Positions 9,565 through 19,710 of a DNA stretch of 64,000 nucleotides are shown here, piece by piece (within the stretch, counting starts at the first letter, position 1; every line of letters begins with the position of its first letter). Location: NCBI GenBank assembly GCA_965215505.1, contig OZ244065.1, positions 3,456,001-3,520,000 on the forward strand. Reading direction: 5' to 3'. The notes beneath the pieces were generated by a model. That model saw only the letters and a program-made list of their open reading frames with translations. It had not been told where the DNA came from and made no database searches. A program made the position numbers and the translations under genes. This stretch comes from Capsulimonadaceae bacterium. Its GTDB lineage: Bacteria; Armatimonadota; Armatimonadia; Armatimonadales; Capsulimonadaceae.

Positions 9565-11808
9565 TCAGCGCGCGCCGGGGCCGGCGAGGATGCGCGGCGT
9601 ATAGTCGATCTGCGAGCTGCCGGTGTTGGTCAGTTGCAGGAGTACGGAAGTGGTCGCGCCCGCCGCCAGGCTCCCCGTTTGTACCGTGACGTAGGGGCTA
9701 CCCGCCGGGCCGGGCGCGTACTGGGTCGTGCCGGCGGCCCCGACAGCGGCGGCCACCGCCGTCAGGTTGTCCAGGGCCAGCGAGAGCGGGCCGGAGATGG
9801 CAGCGGCCCCGGTGTTGGTGATTGTGACCGTCTGCGAGTAGCGTTTGGTGAAGCGGTTGTAGTAGAAGCCCCCCCGGAACACGCTGACCTGGCTCGTCAC
9901 GTCCGTCGCCACCTGGGCGGGCAGGATGTTGGCCGTGCTGGTGACGGTGCCGGCGGGCGTGTTGTTCGGACCGCTGACCGTGGTGGTGACGATGAACATG
10001 CCGTAGGCGATGTAGGTGTGGCTGACGGTGACGTCGAAGACGCCCGCCGTGGTGGGGTCGGGGATGATGGTGCCGACGACCACCGAGCCGTCGCCCAGGC
10101 TGACGCTGGCGGCGAAGCTCGCGGCGGGCGTCGTGCCGGGCAGGAACTTGGCGACGACCTGCGTCCCGGTGCTGACGTTCTGGGTTCCCGCCACAAGGAA
10201 CTGGCCTTGGATGTTGAAGCCGCCGGCGGTGCCGGGGATCTCGTAGGCCCCCATGGAGGGCCGGGCGGGCAGCACGGGCCGGACCGTGCCCTCGATGTCG
10301 GTCAGCGGGACGCCCGGCCCGTTGGTGCCGACGTGGATGGCGGGTGAGGTGAGCCGCAGGTGTTCGTCGCCGGGGTCGCCGCTGCCGTTCGTGCCGGGGT
10401 TTCGGACGAACTGCGGGTCCATGTTGATGTTGCCTGCCCCGGTGTAGCCGCCCTGCACGTCGCTGTAGGTGACGGTCGGCCCGGCCGTGCCCCCGGCGCT
10501 GATCTCAGCTCCGGCGTCGCCGTAGAAGATGTCGTTGACCAGTCTGGCCGGGCCGGAGAGGAGGCATTCGGACACTGGCGGGGGGCTGCCGCCGAATATC
10601 GTGCCGCCCACGTTGCCGGTGAAGGTGGAGTTGATCAGCGTCAGGGTGCCGCCGTTATCCATCCCGCCGCCGTTATCCGATCCGTTGCCGACGACGAGGC
10701 AGTCGGTGATGGACGCCGTGCCGGAGTTTATGACGCCGCCGCCATATCCGGCGTTAGCGTTGCGTCCGAAAGGTCTGTAATTCACCGACGAGTTGCCGCT
10801 GAGGGTGCAGGCGCTCAAGGTCAGCGTGCCGCCGGTGTTATTGGACAGGCCGCCTCCGTAGATGGAAAAGTTGTTGGCCACGAGGGAGTTGTTGAGGGTC
10901 AGGCTGCCGGTATTGGAGGCGCCCCCCCCATCCCCGAATACCGTGCCGGCAAAAAAGCTTGTCGCGCCGTTGCCGCTGAGGGTGCAGGAGTTCAGGGTGG
11001 CCGTGCCGCTGTTGACGAGGCCGCCGCCGCTGACACTACCGTTGCCGCCGACATTGTTGCCGCTGATGAGGCAGCCCGTGGCCGTGAGCGTCCCACTGTT
11101 GGCGATGCCGCCTCCGCTTGCGGAAGAGCCTGAGTTCCCAGAAACGGTGCAACCGATCATGGTCAGGCTGGCACCGGACCCGTTGTTAATGCCTGCACCG
11201 TCGCCCGTGATAAAGGGGCCGCCCCCGCCTGTGACGGTGCAGCCGGTGAGCGTCAGGGTGGCCGTGTTCAGGATGTCGCCGCCGCCTCCAGGTTCGGGGA
11301 AGGGGATGGAGTAGGGGCTAGGAGAGCCGTTCGTTACGGTCAGGTTGCTGAAGACGACCGTCCCACCCGTGACGCTGAACACGCGCGAGGCGTTCGCGCT
11401 TTGTTGGCCGGAGACAGGGGGCGCGCCGCTGATGACGACCGTGGTGGCGGGCGCGGCCGGCCCGGCGATGGTGAGGCTGCCGGTGACCATCAGCTCGCCC
11501 GCCGTCAGCGTGATGGTGTCGGTGTTGGCCGTGCTGCTGTAGCCGGGGTCTGTGTTGGGGATGGCGAACGTGACCGTCCCGCCCGTCCCCGCCACCTGGG
11601 CGATGGCCGCGCGCAGCGAGCCGGGGGCGGTGTCGTCGGCGGTGCGGGTGACGACGTAGGAGGAGGCGGTGGCGGCGCGCGCCCTGGAAGTGAGGCCGGC
11701 CCACAGGCACAGGCCGAGTAGGGCGCACAGGGCGGCCCGGCCCATCGTAGGGACTGTCGTGAAGAAGGTCGTCGGGACAGTCCTGACGGCAACAGTGGGG
11801 TAGGTCAT
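9565..11808 (-). CDS. Secreted beta-helix / choice-of-anchor-Q-like surface protein, copy 1
   Basis: GSLRAAI N-terminal motif, GGGxxN repeats, DPQF..SPAI..TDIEG..R..MGAYE, PKD-like and DVTSQV C-terminal domains; RBS AGGAGG. Confidence 0.8.
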   Translation of the reverse strand: MTYPTVAVRTVPTTFFTTVPTMGRAALCALLGLCLWAGLTSRARAATASSYVVTRTADDTAPGSLRAAIAQVAGTGGTVTFAIPNTDPGYSSTANTDTITLTAGELMVTGSLTIAGPAAPATTVVISGAPPVSGQQSANASRVFSVTGGTVVFSNLTVTNGSPSPYSIPFPEPGGGGDILNTATLTLTGCTVTGGGGPFITGDGAGINNGSGASLTMIGCTVSGNSGSSASGGGIANSGTLTATGCLISGNNVGGNGSVSGGGLVNSGTATLNSCTLSGNGATSFFAGTVFGDGGGASNTGSLTLNNSLVANNFSIYGGGLSNNTGGTLTLSACTLSGNSSVNYRPFGRNANAGYGGGVINSGTASITDCLVVGNGSDNGGGMDNGGTLTLINSTFTGNVGGTIFGGSPPPVSECLLSGPARLVNDIFYGDAGAEISAGGTAGPTVTYSDVQGGYTGAGNINMDPQFVRNPGTNGSGDPGDEHLRLTSPAIHVGTNGPGVPLTDIEGTVRPVLPARPSMGAYEIPGTAGGFNIQGQFLVAGTQNVSTGTQVVAKFLPGTTPAASFAASVSLGDGSVVVGTIIPDPTTAGVFDVTVSHTYIAYGMFIVTTTVSGPNNTPAGTVTSTANILPAQVATDVTSQVSVFRGGFYYNRFTKRYSQTVTITNTGAAAISGPLSLALDNLTAVAAAVGAAGTTQYAPGPAGSPYVTVQTGSLAAGATTSVLLQLTNTGSSQIDYTPRILAGPGAR

Positions 11809-11887
11809 GGCGTCCTCCTGAGTAGTGGCCGCACTCCTGCGGCCTGGATGTCTGACGGGGATCGGGGAAGAGCCGGGAGGCCGCCGC

Positions 11888-12115
11888 CTAGAGTGTGTTT
11901 TCCAAATGCGAGAGTATTCTGAGAATTTTCCTCGTGAATCTCGCTCTTGACAGTATGCTTGCCCACCAAAACGGGTTCCTGTGACGGTCACAGCGCGCTC
12001 CGGCGAGTTTTCGCGGGGACTCAATGCCTCCGAAGGCGCTCCGGGGCTTGTAGAGCCTCCGAGTTTTGCGAGAAAATCCGCCTCTCACAGAAGCGATTTG
12101 GAAAACACACTCTAG
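11888..12115. mobile_element. MITE, 228 bp, perfect 20-bp terminal inverted repeats, CTAG at both ends
   Basis: CTAGAGTGTGTTTTCCAAAT ... ATTTGGAAAACACACTCTAG; lower GC than flanks; no transposase. Confidence 0.85.
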
Positions 12116-12814
12116 CGCGTCCGCCGCGCGGAGGCGGCGCAGGGCCACGGCCCCGCCGCCCAGGGCCAGCAGCAGGCCCAGAGAAAGGGCCGGGGACGCT
12201 TCGGGCACTCCCGGCATCGTCACCGTCAGCGCCGTCGAGCTGGACACGAGCGTCTGACTCCCGCCGGGGTTGATCATGATGTCCAGGACGGAGCCGTCCG
12301 GGTTGACACCCAGCAGCGTTTTCGTCCCCGAGGCGTCGTACAGCGAGAAGGCGAACGTACTCCCCGCCCCCTTCCCCGTGGGCGCGGTGATCGCCGGGCC
12401 GGAGAAGGTAGTGAAGAAGCTGAGGGTGCTGCCGAAGGTGATGCCCTGGAACACATCGTTGTTGCTGCCGATGTTGGCGAGGGTCAGCGTCCCCGGCAGC
12501 GTGCCCGCGCCGCCGCCGGTGTCCTGGGCCGTCCCGGCCAGTGTGCCGGTCGTGGTGAAGCCGGTGACCTGGAGCAGGGCGTTCTGGGAGTCCGGCCCGC
12601 CGGGGTCGAACGCGAAGTCGAGGTTGCCCGCCGTGCCGGCCAGCGAGGAGGTGTCCAGGGTGATTTTATACTGTTGCGCTTGGGCCGCCGTCCCCAGCGT
12701 CAAGCTGCCCAGCGCGCTGAGGGCCAAAGCCCCCAGCATCAGGGCGGACATGAACGGCGTCGTGCGGCGGGTCGGCGTGCGGCGGCGCGTCTCGCGGCGT
12801 ATCAGGGGTGTCAT
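11888..12814 (-). CDS. PEP-CTERM protein (paralog of 8869-9552) reading through the MITE
   Basis: LDFAFDPGG, VPEASPALSLGLLLALGGG..RRLR, then ~75 MITE-encoded residues. Confidence 0.8.
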   Translation of the reverse strand: MTPLIRRETRRRTPTRRTTPFMSALMLGALALSALGSLTLGTAAQAQQYKITLDTSSLAGTAGNLDFAFDPGGPDSQNALLQVTGFTTTGTLAGTAQDTGGGAGTLPGTLTLANIGSNNDVFQGITFGSTLSFFTTFSGPAITAPTGKGAGSTFAFSLYDASGTKTLLGVNPDGSVLDIMINPGGSQTLVSSSTALTVTMPGVPEASPALSLGLLLALGGGAVALRRLRAADALECVFQIASVRGGFSRKTRRLYKPRSAFGGIESPRKLAGARCDRHRNPFWWASILSRARFTRKILRILSHLENTL

Positions 12815-12861
12815 GCTTGTCTTCCTTCTCTGTCTTCTCTATCTTCCTTCTCTGTCTTCCT

Positions 12862-15093
12862 TCAGCGCACCCCCGGCCCGGCGAGGACGCGGGGGGTGTA
12901 GCCGAACCGGGCGGTGCCGGCGTAGGTGAACTGCACGCTGAGGTAGAGGGTCACGCCTGTCCCGAAGTCGGCGGTGCCGACGTTCTGGTAGGGGCTGCCC
13001 GCCGGGAGCGCGTACTGGGTCGTCCCGGCGGGGTTGACCAGGACGGCACCGGGTGTCAGGCCGTCCATGACCAGCGAGATCGGGCCGGCGATCGGGGGGC
13101 CGTAGTTGTAGAGCGTCACCAGTTGGATGTAGCCCCGGACGGCCCGGCTGTAGACCAGGCCGCCCCGGAGGATGCTGACCTGGGAGGTCACGTCCGCGGC
13201 GGGCTGGATGGCGGCCGTGCTGGTGACGGTGGCGGTGGGGGTGCCGCCCGGCCCGCTGATGACGACCGTGACGGTGAAGCTGCCGGCGATGACGTAGGTG
13301 TGGCCGGCGGTGACGTCGAAGACGCCCGCCGTGGCCGGGTCGGGGATGACCGTCCCCGCGACCGGGGCGGTGCCGTCGCCGAAGCTGACGGCGGCGGTGA
13401 AGCTCGCCCCCGGCGTGCCTCCGGGGGAGAATTTGGCGACGACCTGGGTGCCGGTGTTCTGGTTCGAGCCGCCGGTGACCGTGAAGCCGCCCTGGGCGCT
13501 GAAGCCGCCGGCCGCGCCGGGGACCTCGTAGGCGCCCATGGAGGGAGTGGCGGGGGCGGCGGGCCGGGGCTTGCCCTCGATGTCGGTCAGGGGGACGCCG
13601 GGCGCGTTGGTGCCGGCGTTGACGGCGGGGGAGGTCAGTTTCAGGTGTTCATCGCCGGGGTCGGCCGCCACATTGGAGAAGGCGGGGACGGGGTTGCGGG
13701 CGAACTGGGGGTCGAGGCTGATGTTGCCGGCGCCTGGGTAGCCGCGCAGCACGTCGGTATAGGTGACGGTCGGCCCGGTCGTGCCGGGGGCGGCGATGAT
13801 CTCGCTGAAGACCGCGAGGCCGTTTGGGCTGGCGGTGTCAAAATAGAAGATGTCGTTGACCAGCGTCGCCGGGCCGGACAGCAGGGCGCCCGCGGTGACG
13901 GCGGGCGGGTTGGCGGAGGGGGAGTAGAGGTCGTTGCCGGTGAAGGTGGAGTTGATGATGGTCAGCGTGCCCGCGTTGGACATGCCCGCGACGACGTAGC
14001 TGGAGTTGTCAACGACGAGGCAGTCGCTGATCTGCGCCGTCCCGGCTTTGGTGTTGAGGATGCCGCCGCCGGAGCCGGTGCGGGAGCCTTCGCCCGCGCG
14101 GTTGGTCGTGATGGTACAGGCGCTCAGGGTGAGGTTGCCGTCGGTGTTGTCGAGGCCGCCGCCGTTGTCGGCGCTGTTGGTGCTAACCAGGGTGCTGTTG
14201 AGGGTCAGGAGGGCGCCCGCCCCGCTGTTGAAGGCCCCGCCGCCGCCGACAGCGACGTTGCCCCCGAGGGTGCAGCCGTTCAGCGTGGCCGTGCCCGTGT
14301 TGAGCAGGCCGCCGCCGATCCCGGAGGCCGAGTTGCTGAGCAGAGAACTCCCTGTGGCCGTGAGCGTCCCCGCGTTCGCGATGCCGCCGCCGCTCGCGAA
14401 ATAGGCCACGTTGGCGGAGGCGGTGCAGTTGTTGAGCGTCAGGCTGGCGGTGTTGGCGATCGCGCCGCCGTTCTGGTAGGAAAGGTTGTTGTTCAGCGTG
14501 CAGTTGTTGAGCGTCAGGGCGGCGCTGTTCGAGAGGCCGCCGCCGCCGAATCCGGTCGGAGTGTACGAGAAGTTGTTGTCCACCGCGCAGTTGTTGAGCG
14601 TCAGGCTGGCGCTGTTCATGATGCCCCCGCCGCCGGTCAAGGACTCGCCGTTCGTGATCGTGAGGTTGCTGAAGGCGACCGTGCCCACCGTGACGATGAA
14701 CACGCCGAAATAGGTGTTCGTGGCCTGGGAGGAGGCGGTCGTCACGACGACTGCGGCGGCGGGCGCGACCGGCCCGACGATGTTCAGGCTGCCGGTGACC
14801 ATCAGCTCGCCCGCCGTCAGCGTGATGGTGTCGGTGTTGGCCGTGCTGCTGTAGCCGGGGTCTGTGTTGGGGATGGCGAACGTGACCGTCCCGCCCGTCC
14901 CCGCCACCTGGGCGATGGCCGCGCGCAGCGAGCCGGGGGCGGTGTCGTCGGCGGTGCGGGTGACGACGTAGGAGGAGGCGGTGGCGGCGCGCGCCCTCGG
15001 GGTGAGGCCGGCCCACAGGCACAGGCCGAGCAGGGCGCAGAGCGCGGCCCGGCTCATCGTGGAGATCATCTTCGGGGCGGTGGAACGGGTCAT
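12862..15093 (-). CDS. Secreted beta-helix / choice-of-anchor-Q-like surface protein, copy 2
   Basis: Same architecture as 9565-11808; RBS GAGGAGG. Confidence 0.8.
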   Translation of the reverse strand: MTRSTAPKMISTMSRAALCALLGLCLWAGLTPRARAATASSYVVTRTADDTAPGSLRAAIAQVAGTGGTVTFAIPNTDPGYSSTANTDTITLTAGELMVTGSLNIVGPVAPAAAVVVTTASSQATNTYFGVFIVTVGTVAFSNLTITNGESLTGGGGIMNSASLTLNNCAVDNNFSYTPTGFGGGGLSNSAALTLNNCTLNNNLSYQNGGAIANTASLTLNNCTASANVAYFASGGGIANAGTLTATGSSLLSNSASGIGGGLLNTGTATLNGCTLGGNVAVGGGGAFNSGAGALLTLNSTLVSTNSADNGGGLDNTDGNLTLSACTITTNRAGEGSRTGSGGGILNTKAGTAQISDCLVVDNSSYVVAGMSNAGTLTIINSTFTGNDLYSPSANPPAVTAGALLSGPATLVNDIFYFDTASPNGLAVFSEIIAAPGTTGPTVTYTDVLRGYPGAGNISLDPQFARNPVPAFSNVAADPGDEHLKLTSPAVNAGTNAPGVPLTDIEGKPRPAAPATPSMGAYEVPGAAGGFSAQGGFTVTGGSNQNTGTQVVAKFSPGGTPGASFTAAVSFGDGTAPVAGTVIPDPATAGVFDVTAGHTYVIAGSFTVTVVISGPGGTPTATVTSTAAIQPAADVTSQVSILRGGLVYSRAVRGYIQLVTLYNYGPPIAGPISLVMDGLTPGAVLVNPAGTTQYALPAGSPYQNVGTADFGTGVTLYLSVQFTYAGTARFGYTPRVLAGPGVR

Positions 15094-15188
15094 GTCGTCC
15101 TCCTCGGAACGCCGCAGTCGCACGGCGGGAGCGATGCCCTGGGGCGTCCTCGGTGACTGAAGATCGTAGCTTTGGTACATTTGTTTCC

Positions 15189-15205
15189 TGCATGATCCAT
15201 GCCAA
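15189..15205 (-). promoter_or_regulatory. sigma54 -24/-12 promoter
   Basis: Minus strand TTGGCATGGATCATGCA (GG-N10-GC) with an AT-rich tract upstream. Confidence 0.65.
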
Positions 15206-15338
15206 AGCAGGTATTTTTATATGGAAAATAATATATATTTTCGGGCGACGACGTGGCTGAAACGGGGAGCAGGTTTGCGTCCCGGCGTATGGGCCGGGCG
15301 CGTGTGGGGGAGGCCAATCGGCCCCGGCCTACGGCAGC

Positions 15339-15537
15339 CCCGGCGCTAAACCGCCGGCCTACACAGATGGGCCGCCCACTTTGGGGCTTCGGAAAGAGAA
15401 CGCGGCAGGACGAAGAGGGCGCGGCAAGCGGTGCCCCTACAAACTTGGATGATGCCATCCATAGCCCCGAAGGGGCGGCCCACCGGCGGAGCCAGGAGTA
15501 CCCCAATGAAACCCTAGACCGGCCCTTCAGGGCCGGG
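15339..15537. repeat. Family-B inverted-repeat element enclosing a GTAG-type REP
   Basis: CCCGGCGCTAAACCGCCGGCCTA arm and TAGACCGGCCCTTCAGGGCCGGG arm; inner GGGCGCGGCAAGCGGTGCCCCTAC. Confidence 0.85.
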
Positions 15538-15633
15538 GACTGCGCGGGTCGGGGACTGCGCGCGCCCAGACCAACGCAGCGAGGTGCCTCTCCCGCCAGC
15601 AGTCCGGCAGCGGCAATCGGGTACACTGTCCGC

Positions 15634-18564
15634 ATGATACTCACAAAAAGACTGTTTGCCGCCGCCCTCACCTTGGGCCTCGCCGCGTCTGCGCGGGCGG
15701 ACGTTTCCGGCCTCGCCGCGTTCGCGCCGGTCAACACCGCCGGCCACACCCCGGCGGCGGGCCTGAGCGGCGACGGGGCCGTCCTCACCCTCACCGACGG
15801 CGGCGCGGACGAGGCCTCCAGCGCCTTCGCCGCCCTGCCCCAGCCGGTCGCGGGCTTCCATGCCGCCTTCACCTACCAGGCCGACCGCTTCGGCGGGACG
15901 CCGCCGGGCGGGGCGGACGGGATGGCCTTCCTCCTCCACAATGACCCGCGCGGCGTCAAGGCTTTGGGCGGGGCGGGCGGCGGGGCGGGCTACGCGGCGG
16001 GCGACGGCGGAGTCGCCGTCACCCGGAGTGTGGCCTTCCGGCTGAACCTCTTCGGGGCGTCCGGCATCAGCGTCGGCACGAACGGCGCGGCAGAATCCCC
16101 CGGCGACACCCTGCCCGTGGACCTGCGGGCCGGGCACCCGGTCCGCGTCACCCTGGACTACGACGGCGCGGCGCTGACGGAGACTCTGAAGGACCTGACG
16201 ACCGGCGAGACGTTCACGGGGCAGGACGAGGTAGACGTGGCCGGGGCACTCGGCGGCCCGACCGCCCTGGTCGGCTTCGCCGGGGCCAGCGGCGCGGCGA
16301 CGGCCCGGCAGACCGTCCGTGACTTTTCCTACGAGGCCAGGCCCGCGACGGCGAAATACGTCCCGCCCGCGCCCCCCGCGCCCAAGACGCACAAGACGCT
16401 GGCCTCGTATGTGGACCCGTTCATCGGGACCGACGGCGGCGGGGACACGCTGCCCGGCGCGGGCGCACCCTTCGGCATGACCCTGTTCAGCCCGGACACG
16501 CACGCGCCCTCGGTCGGCTATGGGTGGGGGGATCACCGGATCGAGGGCTTCAGCCTGACACACATGAGCGGGGTGGGGTGCGACGACGAGGGGGACGTGT
16601 TCCTGACGGCCACGACCGGCCCGGTGAAAACGCAGGTGGCGGATTACTCGTCCCCGTTCAGCCACAAGCGCGAGTCGGCGGGGACGGGGTACTACGCGGT
16701 CAACTTGCGCCGCTGGGGCGTGGACGCCGAGCTGACGGCGACCGAGCGAACCGGCCTGGTCCGCTTCACCTTCCCCGCCGGGCAGGCAGGCAACATCTTG
16801 ATCCCCCTCAGCCACACCCTGACACGGGCCGAGCGCGCGGAGATCCATGTCGTGGACGCAGGCACCGTGGAAGGGTCGGTGCGGAGCCAGGCCTTCTGCG
16901 GCGCGGGCCAGTTCTACACCACCTATTTTGTCCTGAAGCTGGACCGGCCCTGCCAAGCGTCCGGCACGTTCACGGGCGACGCGGCGGCGGCGGGCGGCAC
17001 GGGTGCGGCCCAGGACGGCCCGAAAGCGCCCGCCGTCGGCGCTTATCTTAGCTTCCCCACGTCCGAAAAGCCGTTCACCGTCACCGCCCGCGTCGGCATC
17101 TCCTATGTGGACCTGGACGGCGCGCGGCGCAACTTGGCGCAGGAGGTGGGGAGCAAGGGCTTCGACCAGGTGAGAAAGGCGACGGAGGCTTCATGGGAGA
17201 AGGAACTCCATAAGATCGAGGTTTCGGGCGGCACGGCCGACCAGCGGACGGTCTTCTACACCAGCCTGTACCACTGCTTCCTGATGCCCAGCGTCTTCAG
17301 CGACACCGACGGCCGGTATCTCGGCTTCGACAATGTTATCCACAGGACAAGGCCCGGACACCCCATCTACGCCGACTATTCCGGGTGGGACATCTACCGG
17401 ACCGAGGCCCCGCTGCTGACCCTCATCGAGCCGCAGCGGATGCAGGACATGTGCCAGAGCATCAGCCTGATGTACCAGCAAGGGGGGTGGATAGACCGCT
17501 GGCCGCAGGCGAACGTCTACACCAACGTCATGTGCGGCAGCCCCCTGACGACCGTGGCCGCGACCGCCTGGAACGCGGGCCTGCACGGCTTCGACATGGC
17601 CGCCCTTTACCCCGGCATGGTACTCGACGCCACCCGGCCCGCGCCGCCCGGCAAACCATATCAGGGGGAGTCCAATGTGCAGTACATGGACACGTTGGGC
17701 TACATCCCCGACGACAAGGAGGGCTACGGCTCGGTCTCGCAGACCGAGGAAGACTGCCTCGCGTATGCTTCTTTGGCCTCCGTCGCCGCCTCGCTGGGCA
17801 AGACGGCGGACGCCGCCTTTTTCGCCAAGCGCGCCAAACTCTACCGGAACCTGTTCGACCCCGAAACCAGGTTCCTGCGCCCCAGGCTGGCCGACGGGAC
17901 GTGGTATGGTCCGTTCGACCCGGCCAAAGAACACGGCTACGTCGAGGGCACGGGCTGGCACTACCGCTGGCTGGCGATGCAGGACATGGCGGGCCTGATC
18001 GGCCTGTTCGGCGGCGACGGGCCGTTTAACGCCGAGTTGGACAAGTTCTTCGCCTACGCCCACCCCACCTGGACCGGCCAGTTCTATAACCCCTATAACG
18101 AGACGGACTTGCAGGCCCCGTTCCTCTACGACTACTCGGGCGCACCCTGGAAGACGCAGGCCCGAGTCCGCGAATTGCTGGCCGACGCCTACGGCACGAC
18201 GCCGTCTGGCATCCCCGGCAACGACGACTGCGGCACCATGTCCGCGTGGTACGTCTTCGCCGCCCTGGGCCTGTACCCGACCGACCCCGCCCGGCCCGCC
18301 TATGAGCTGTGCGCGCCCCTGTTCCCGCGCGCCGTCGTGCATCTGGACGCGCCGTACCCGATTCGGCAGTTCACCGTGGAAGCCCCAGACGCCTCGGCCA
18401 CGAACCTCTACATGCGCGGCCTGCGCGTCGGCGACAAGGCCTGGGGGAAGCCGTGGCTGACGCACGCCGACATCGCGCGCGGCGGCACGCTGCATTATCA
18501 GCTAGGGCCGGAGCCGGACAAGGGTTGGGGGGCGGGGAAGGGGGAGAGGCCGCCGTCGCTGTGA
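15634..18564 (+). CDS. GH92 alpha-mannosidase with N-terminal legume-lectin-like domain
   Basis: YVDPFIGT, PGAGAPFGM, THMSGVGC, WDIYRT, GNDDCGTMSAW; ADGMAF / VGFAGASG lectin-like motifs. Confidence 0.9.
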   Translation: MILTKRLFAAALTLGLAASARADVSGLAAFAPVNTAGHTPAAGLSGDGAVLTLTDGGADEASSAFAALPQPVAGFHAAFTYQADRFGGTPPGGADGMAFLLHNDPRGVKALGGAGGGAGYAAGDGGVAVTRSVAFRLNLFGASGISVGTNGAAESPGDTLPVDLRAGHPVRVTLDYDGAALTETLKDLTTGETFTGQDEVDVAGALGGPTALVGFAGASGAATARQTVRDFSYEARPATAKYVPPAPPAPKTHKTLASYVDPFIGTDGGGDTLPGAGAPFGMTLFSPDTHAPSVGYGWGDHRIEGFSLTHMSGVGCDDEGDVFLTATTGPVKTQVADYSSPFSHKRESAGTGYYAVNLRRWGVDAELTATERTGLVRFTFPAGQAGNILIPLSHTLTRAERAEIHVVDAGTVEGSVRSQAFCGAGQFYTTYFVLKLDRPCQASGTFTGDAAAAGGTGAAQDGPKAPAVGAYLSFPTSEKPFTVTARVGISYVDLDGARRNLAQEVGSKGFDQVRKATEASWEKELHKIEVSGGTADQRTVFYTSLYHCFLMPSVFSDTDGRYLGFDNVIHRTRPGHPIYADYSGWDIYRTEAPLLTLIEPQRMQDMCQSISLMYQQGGWIDRWPQANVYTNVMCGSPLTTVAATAWNAGLHGFDMAALYPGMVLDATRPAPPGKPYQGESNVQYMDTLGYIPDDKEGYGSVSQTEEDCLAYASLASVAASLGKTADAAFFAKRAKLYRNLFDPETRFLRPRLADGTWYGPFDPAKEHGYVEGTGWHYRWLAMQDMAGLIGLFGGDGPFNAELDKFFAYAHPTWTGQFYNPYNETDLQAPFLYDYSGAPWKTQARVRELLADAYGTTPSGIPGNDDCGTMSAWYVFAALGLYPTDPARPAYELCAPLFPRAVVHLDAPYPIRQFTVEAPDASATNLYMRGLRVGDKAWGKPWLTHADIARGGTLHYQLGPEPDKGWGAGKGERPPSL

Positions 18565-18579
18565 TCCTCCCCCCCGGCC

Positions 18580-19179
18580 TCACAGCCCCCGGCTCATCTG
18601 GAGGCCCATGCCCTGACCGTCGGGCGTGATGAACGGGGCGAGCAGCAGCCCGCGCGGCTGGGACATCTCCAGGCGGGCCGTGCCGAAGCCCAGGGCGGCC
18701 CCCGCCGCCACGTCGCCGACGGTGTGCCGGTGCAGGCGGACGCGCGAGTAGGAGATCAGGGCCGCGCCCAGATACCAGAGCGGGGCCTGGTGCGGGTGCA
18801 GCCCGGCCTCGACGGTGGCGACGGAGAAGGCGGCCGTGGCGTGGCCGCTGGGGAAGCTGTCGTGGGCGTTGGAGTCGGGCCGCTTCTCGCGGACCAGGTT
18901 CTTCAGCCCTTCGGAGAGGATGACGCTCGTGCCCAGGGCGTCCAGGGCGCGCAGGGCGTGGTTTTTGCCGTCGTGGCCGTCCGAGAGCAGGGGCAGGCCG
19001 ACGCCCGCCGCCAGGAAGAGGATGTTGCCCGCCCCCGAGCCGAAGTCGGAGGCCTTGCGGGCGGGCGACTCGGCCCGCGCGGGCGCGGAGAAGGTGAGGG
19101 CGGAGAGCGCCAGCGCGGCGAGGCCCGCCGAGGCCAGGGCGGACGGGCGCCGGGCGTGGAGGCTAGAGGTGTGTGTCAT
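18580..19179 (-). CDS. PAP2-family phosphatase
   Basis: K..VREKRP, SFPSGH, SRVRLHRH..DV. Confidence 0.9.
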   Translation of the reverse strand: MTHTSSLHARRPSALASAGLAALALSALTFSAPARAESPARKASDFGSGAGNILFLAAGVGLPLLSDGHDGKNHALRALDALGTSVILSEGLKNLVREKRPDSNAHDSFPSGHATAAFSVATVEAGLHPHQAPLWYLGAALISYSRVRLHRHTVGDVAAGAALGFGTARLEMSQPRGLLLAPFITPDGQGMGLQMSRGL

Positions 19180-19254
19180 GCGCCCCCGTTCGGCGGGCCG
19201 GGGGCGGATTCCTGCGTCGGGGTATTCAGCGGCGTGTCCGGCGGCGGGGCCGGT

Positions 19255-19710
19255 CTAGGTCGCCGCCGTCGGCTCGACCTTCCCGCCGCGCCCTTCCACC
19301 GTGTTGCGGATAGACTCCAGGGAGGCGATCAGGCCCTCCCGGATCGTCTTGTCGCGGTCGCCGGTCTGCGCGTCCATGCGCTCGGACTGCTCGGGCTTCG
19401 GCTGGAAGTTCAGGTGGACCGTCACCTCGCACTCGTCCTCCACGCCGTCGATCTCCAGCCAGCCGTCGTAGCGGTTCTCGCCATCCGACCCCCACTCCAC
19501 GCGCCCGTTCGGCGCGTCGGTGCGGAAATAGCCGTCGGAGTCATACTTGTGGCCCCCCGCCTCCCCCTGGACGCGGACGCGCCCGCCGGGCAGGGCCTCG
19601 GCTTTGTGGGTGGTGGGCAGGTACTCGGGCAGGCGCGCGACATCGGAGACGAAGGCGAAGACGGCCTCGGGGGAGGCCAGAACGGTCAGGGAATGTTCGT
19701 ATTCGGGCAT
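19255..19710 (-). CDS. SRPBCC (polyketide cyclase-like) protein
   Basis: ASPEAVFAFVSDVARLPEYLP; C-terminal helix. Confidence 0.8.
   Translation of the reverse strand: MPEYEHSLTVLASPEAVFAFVSDVARLPEYLPTTHKAEALPGGRVRVQGEAGGHKYDSDGYFRTDAPNGRVEWGSDGENRYDGWLEIDGVEDECEVTVHLNFQPKPEQSERMDAQTGDRDKTIREGLIASLESIRNTVEGRGGKVEPTAAT

Noticed and set aside
15253-15633. N-terminal extension of GH92 (also 60016-60222 and 11809-12024)
   Set aside because: Read-through of repeat or MITE DNA; better starts with signal peptides lie downstream
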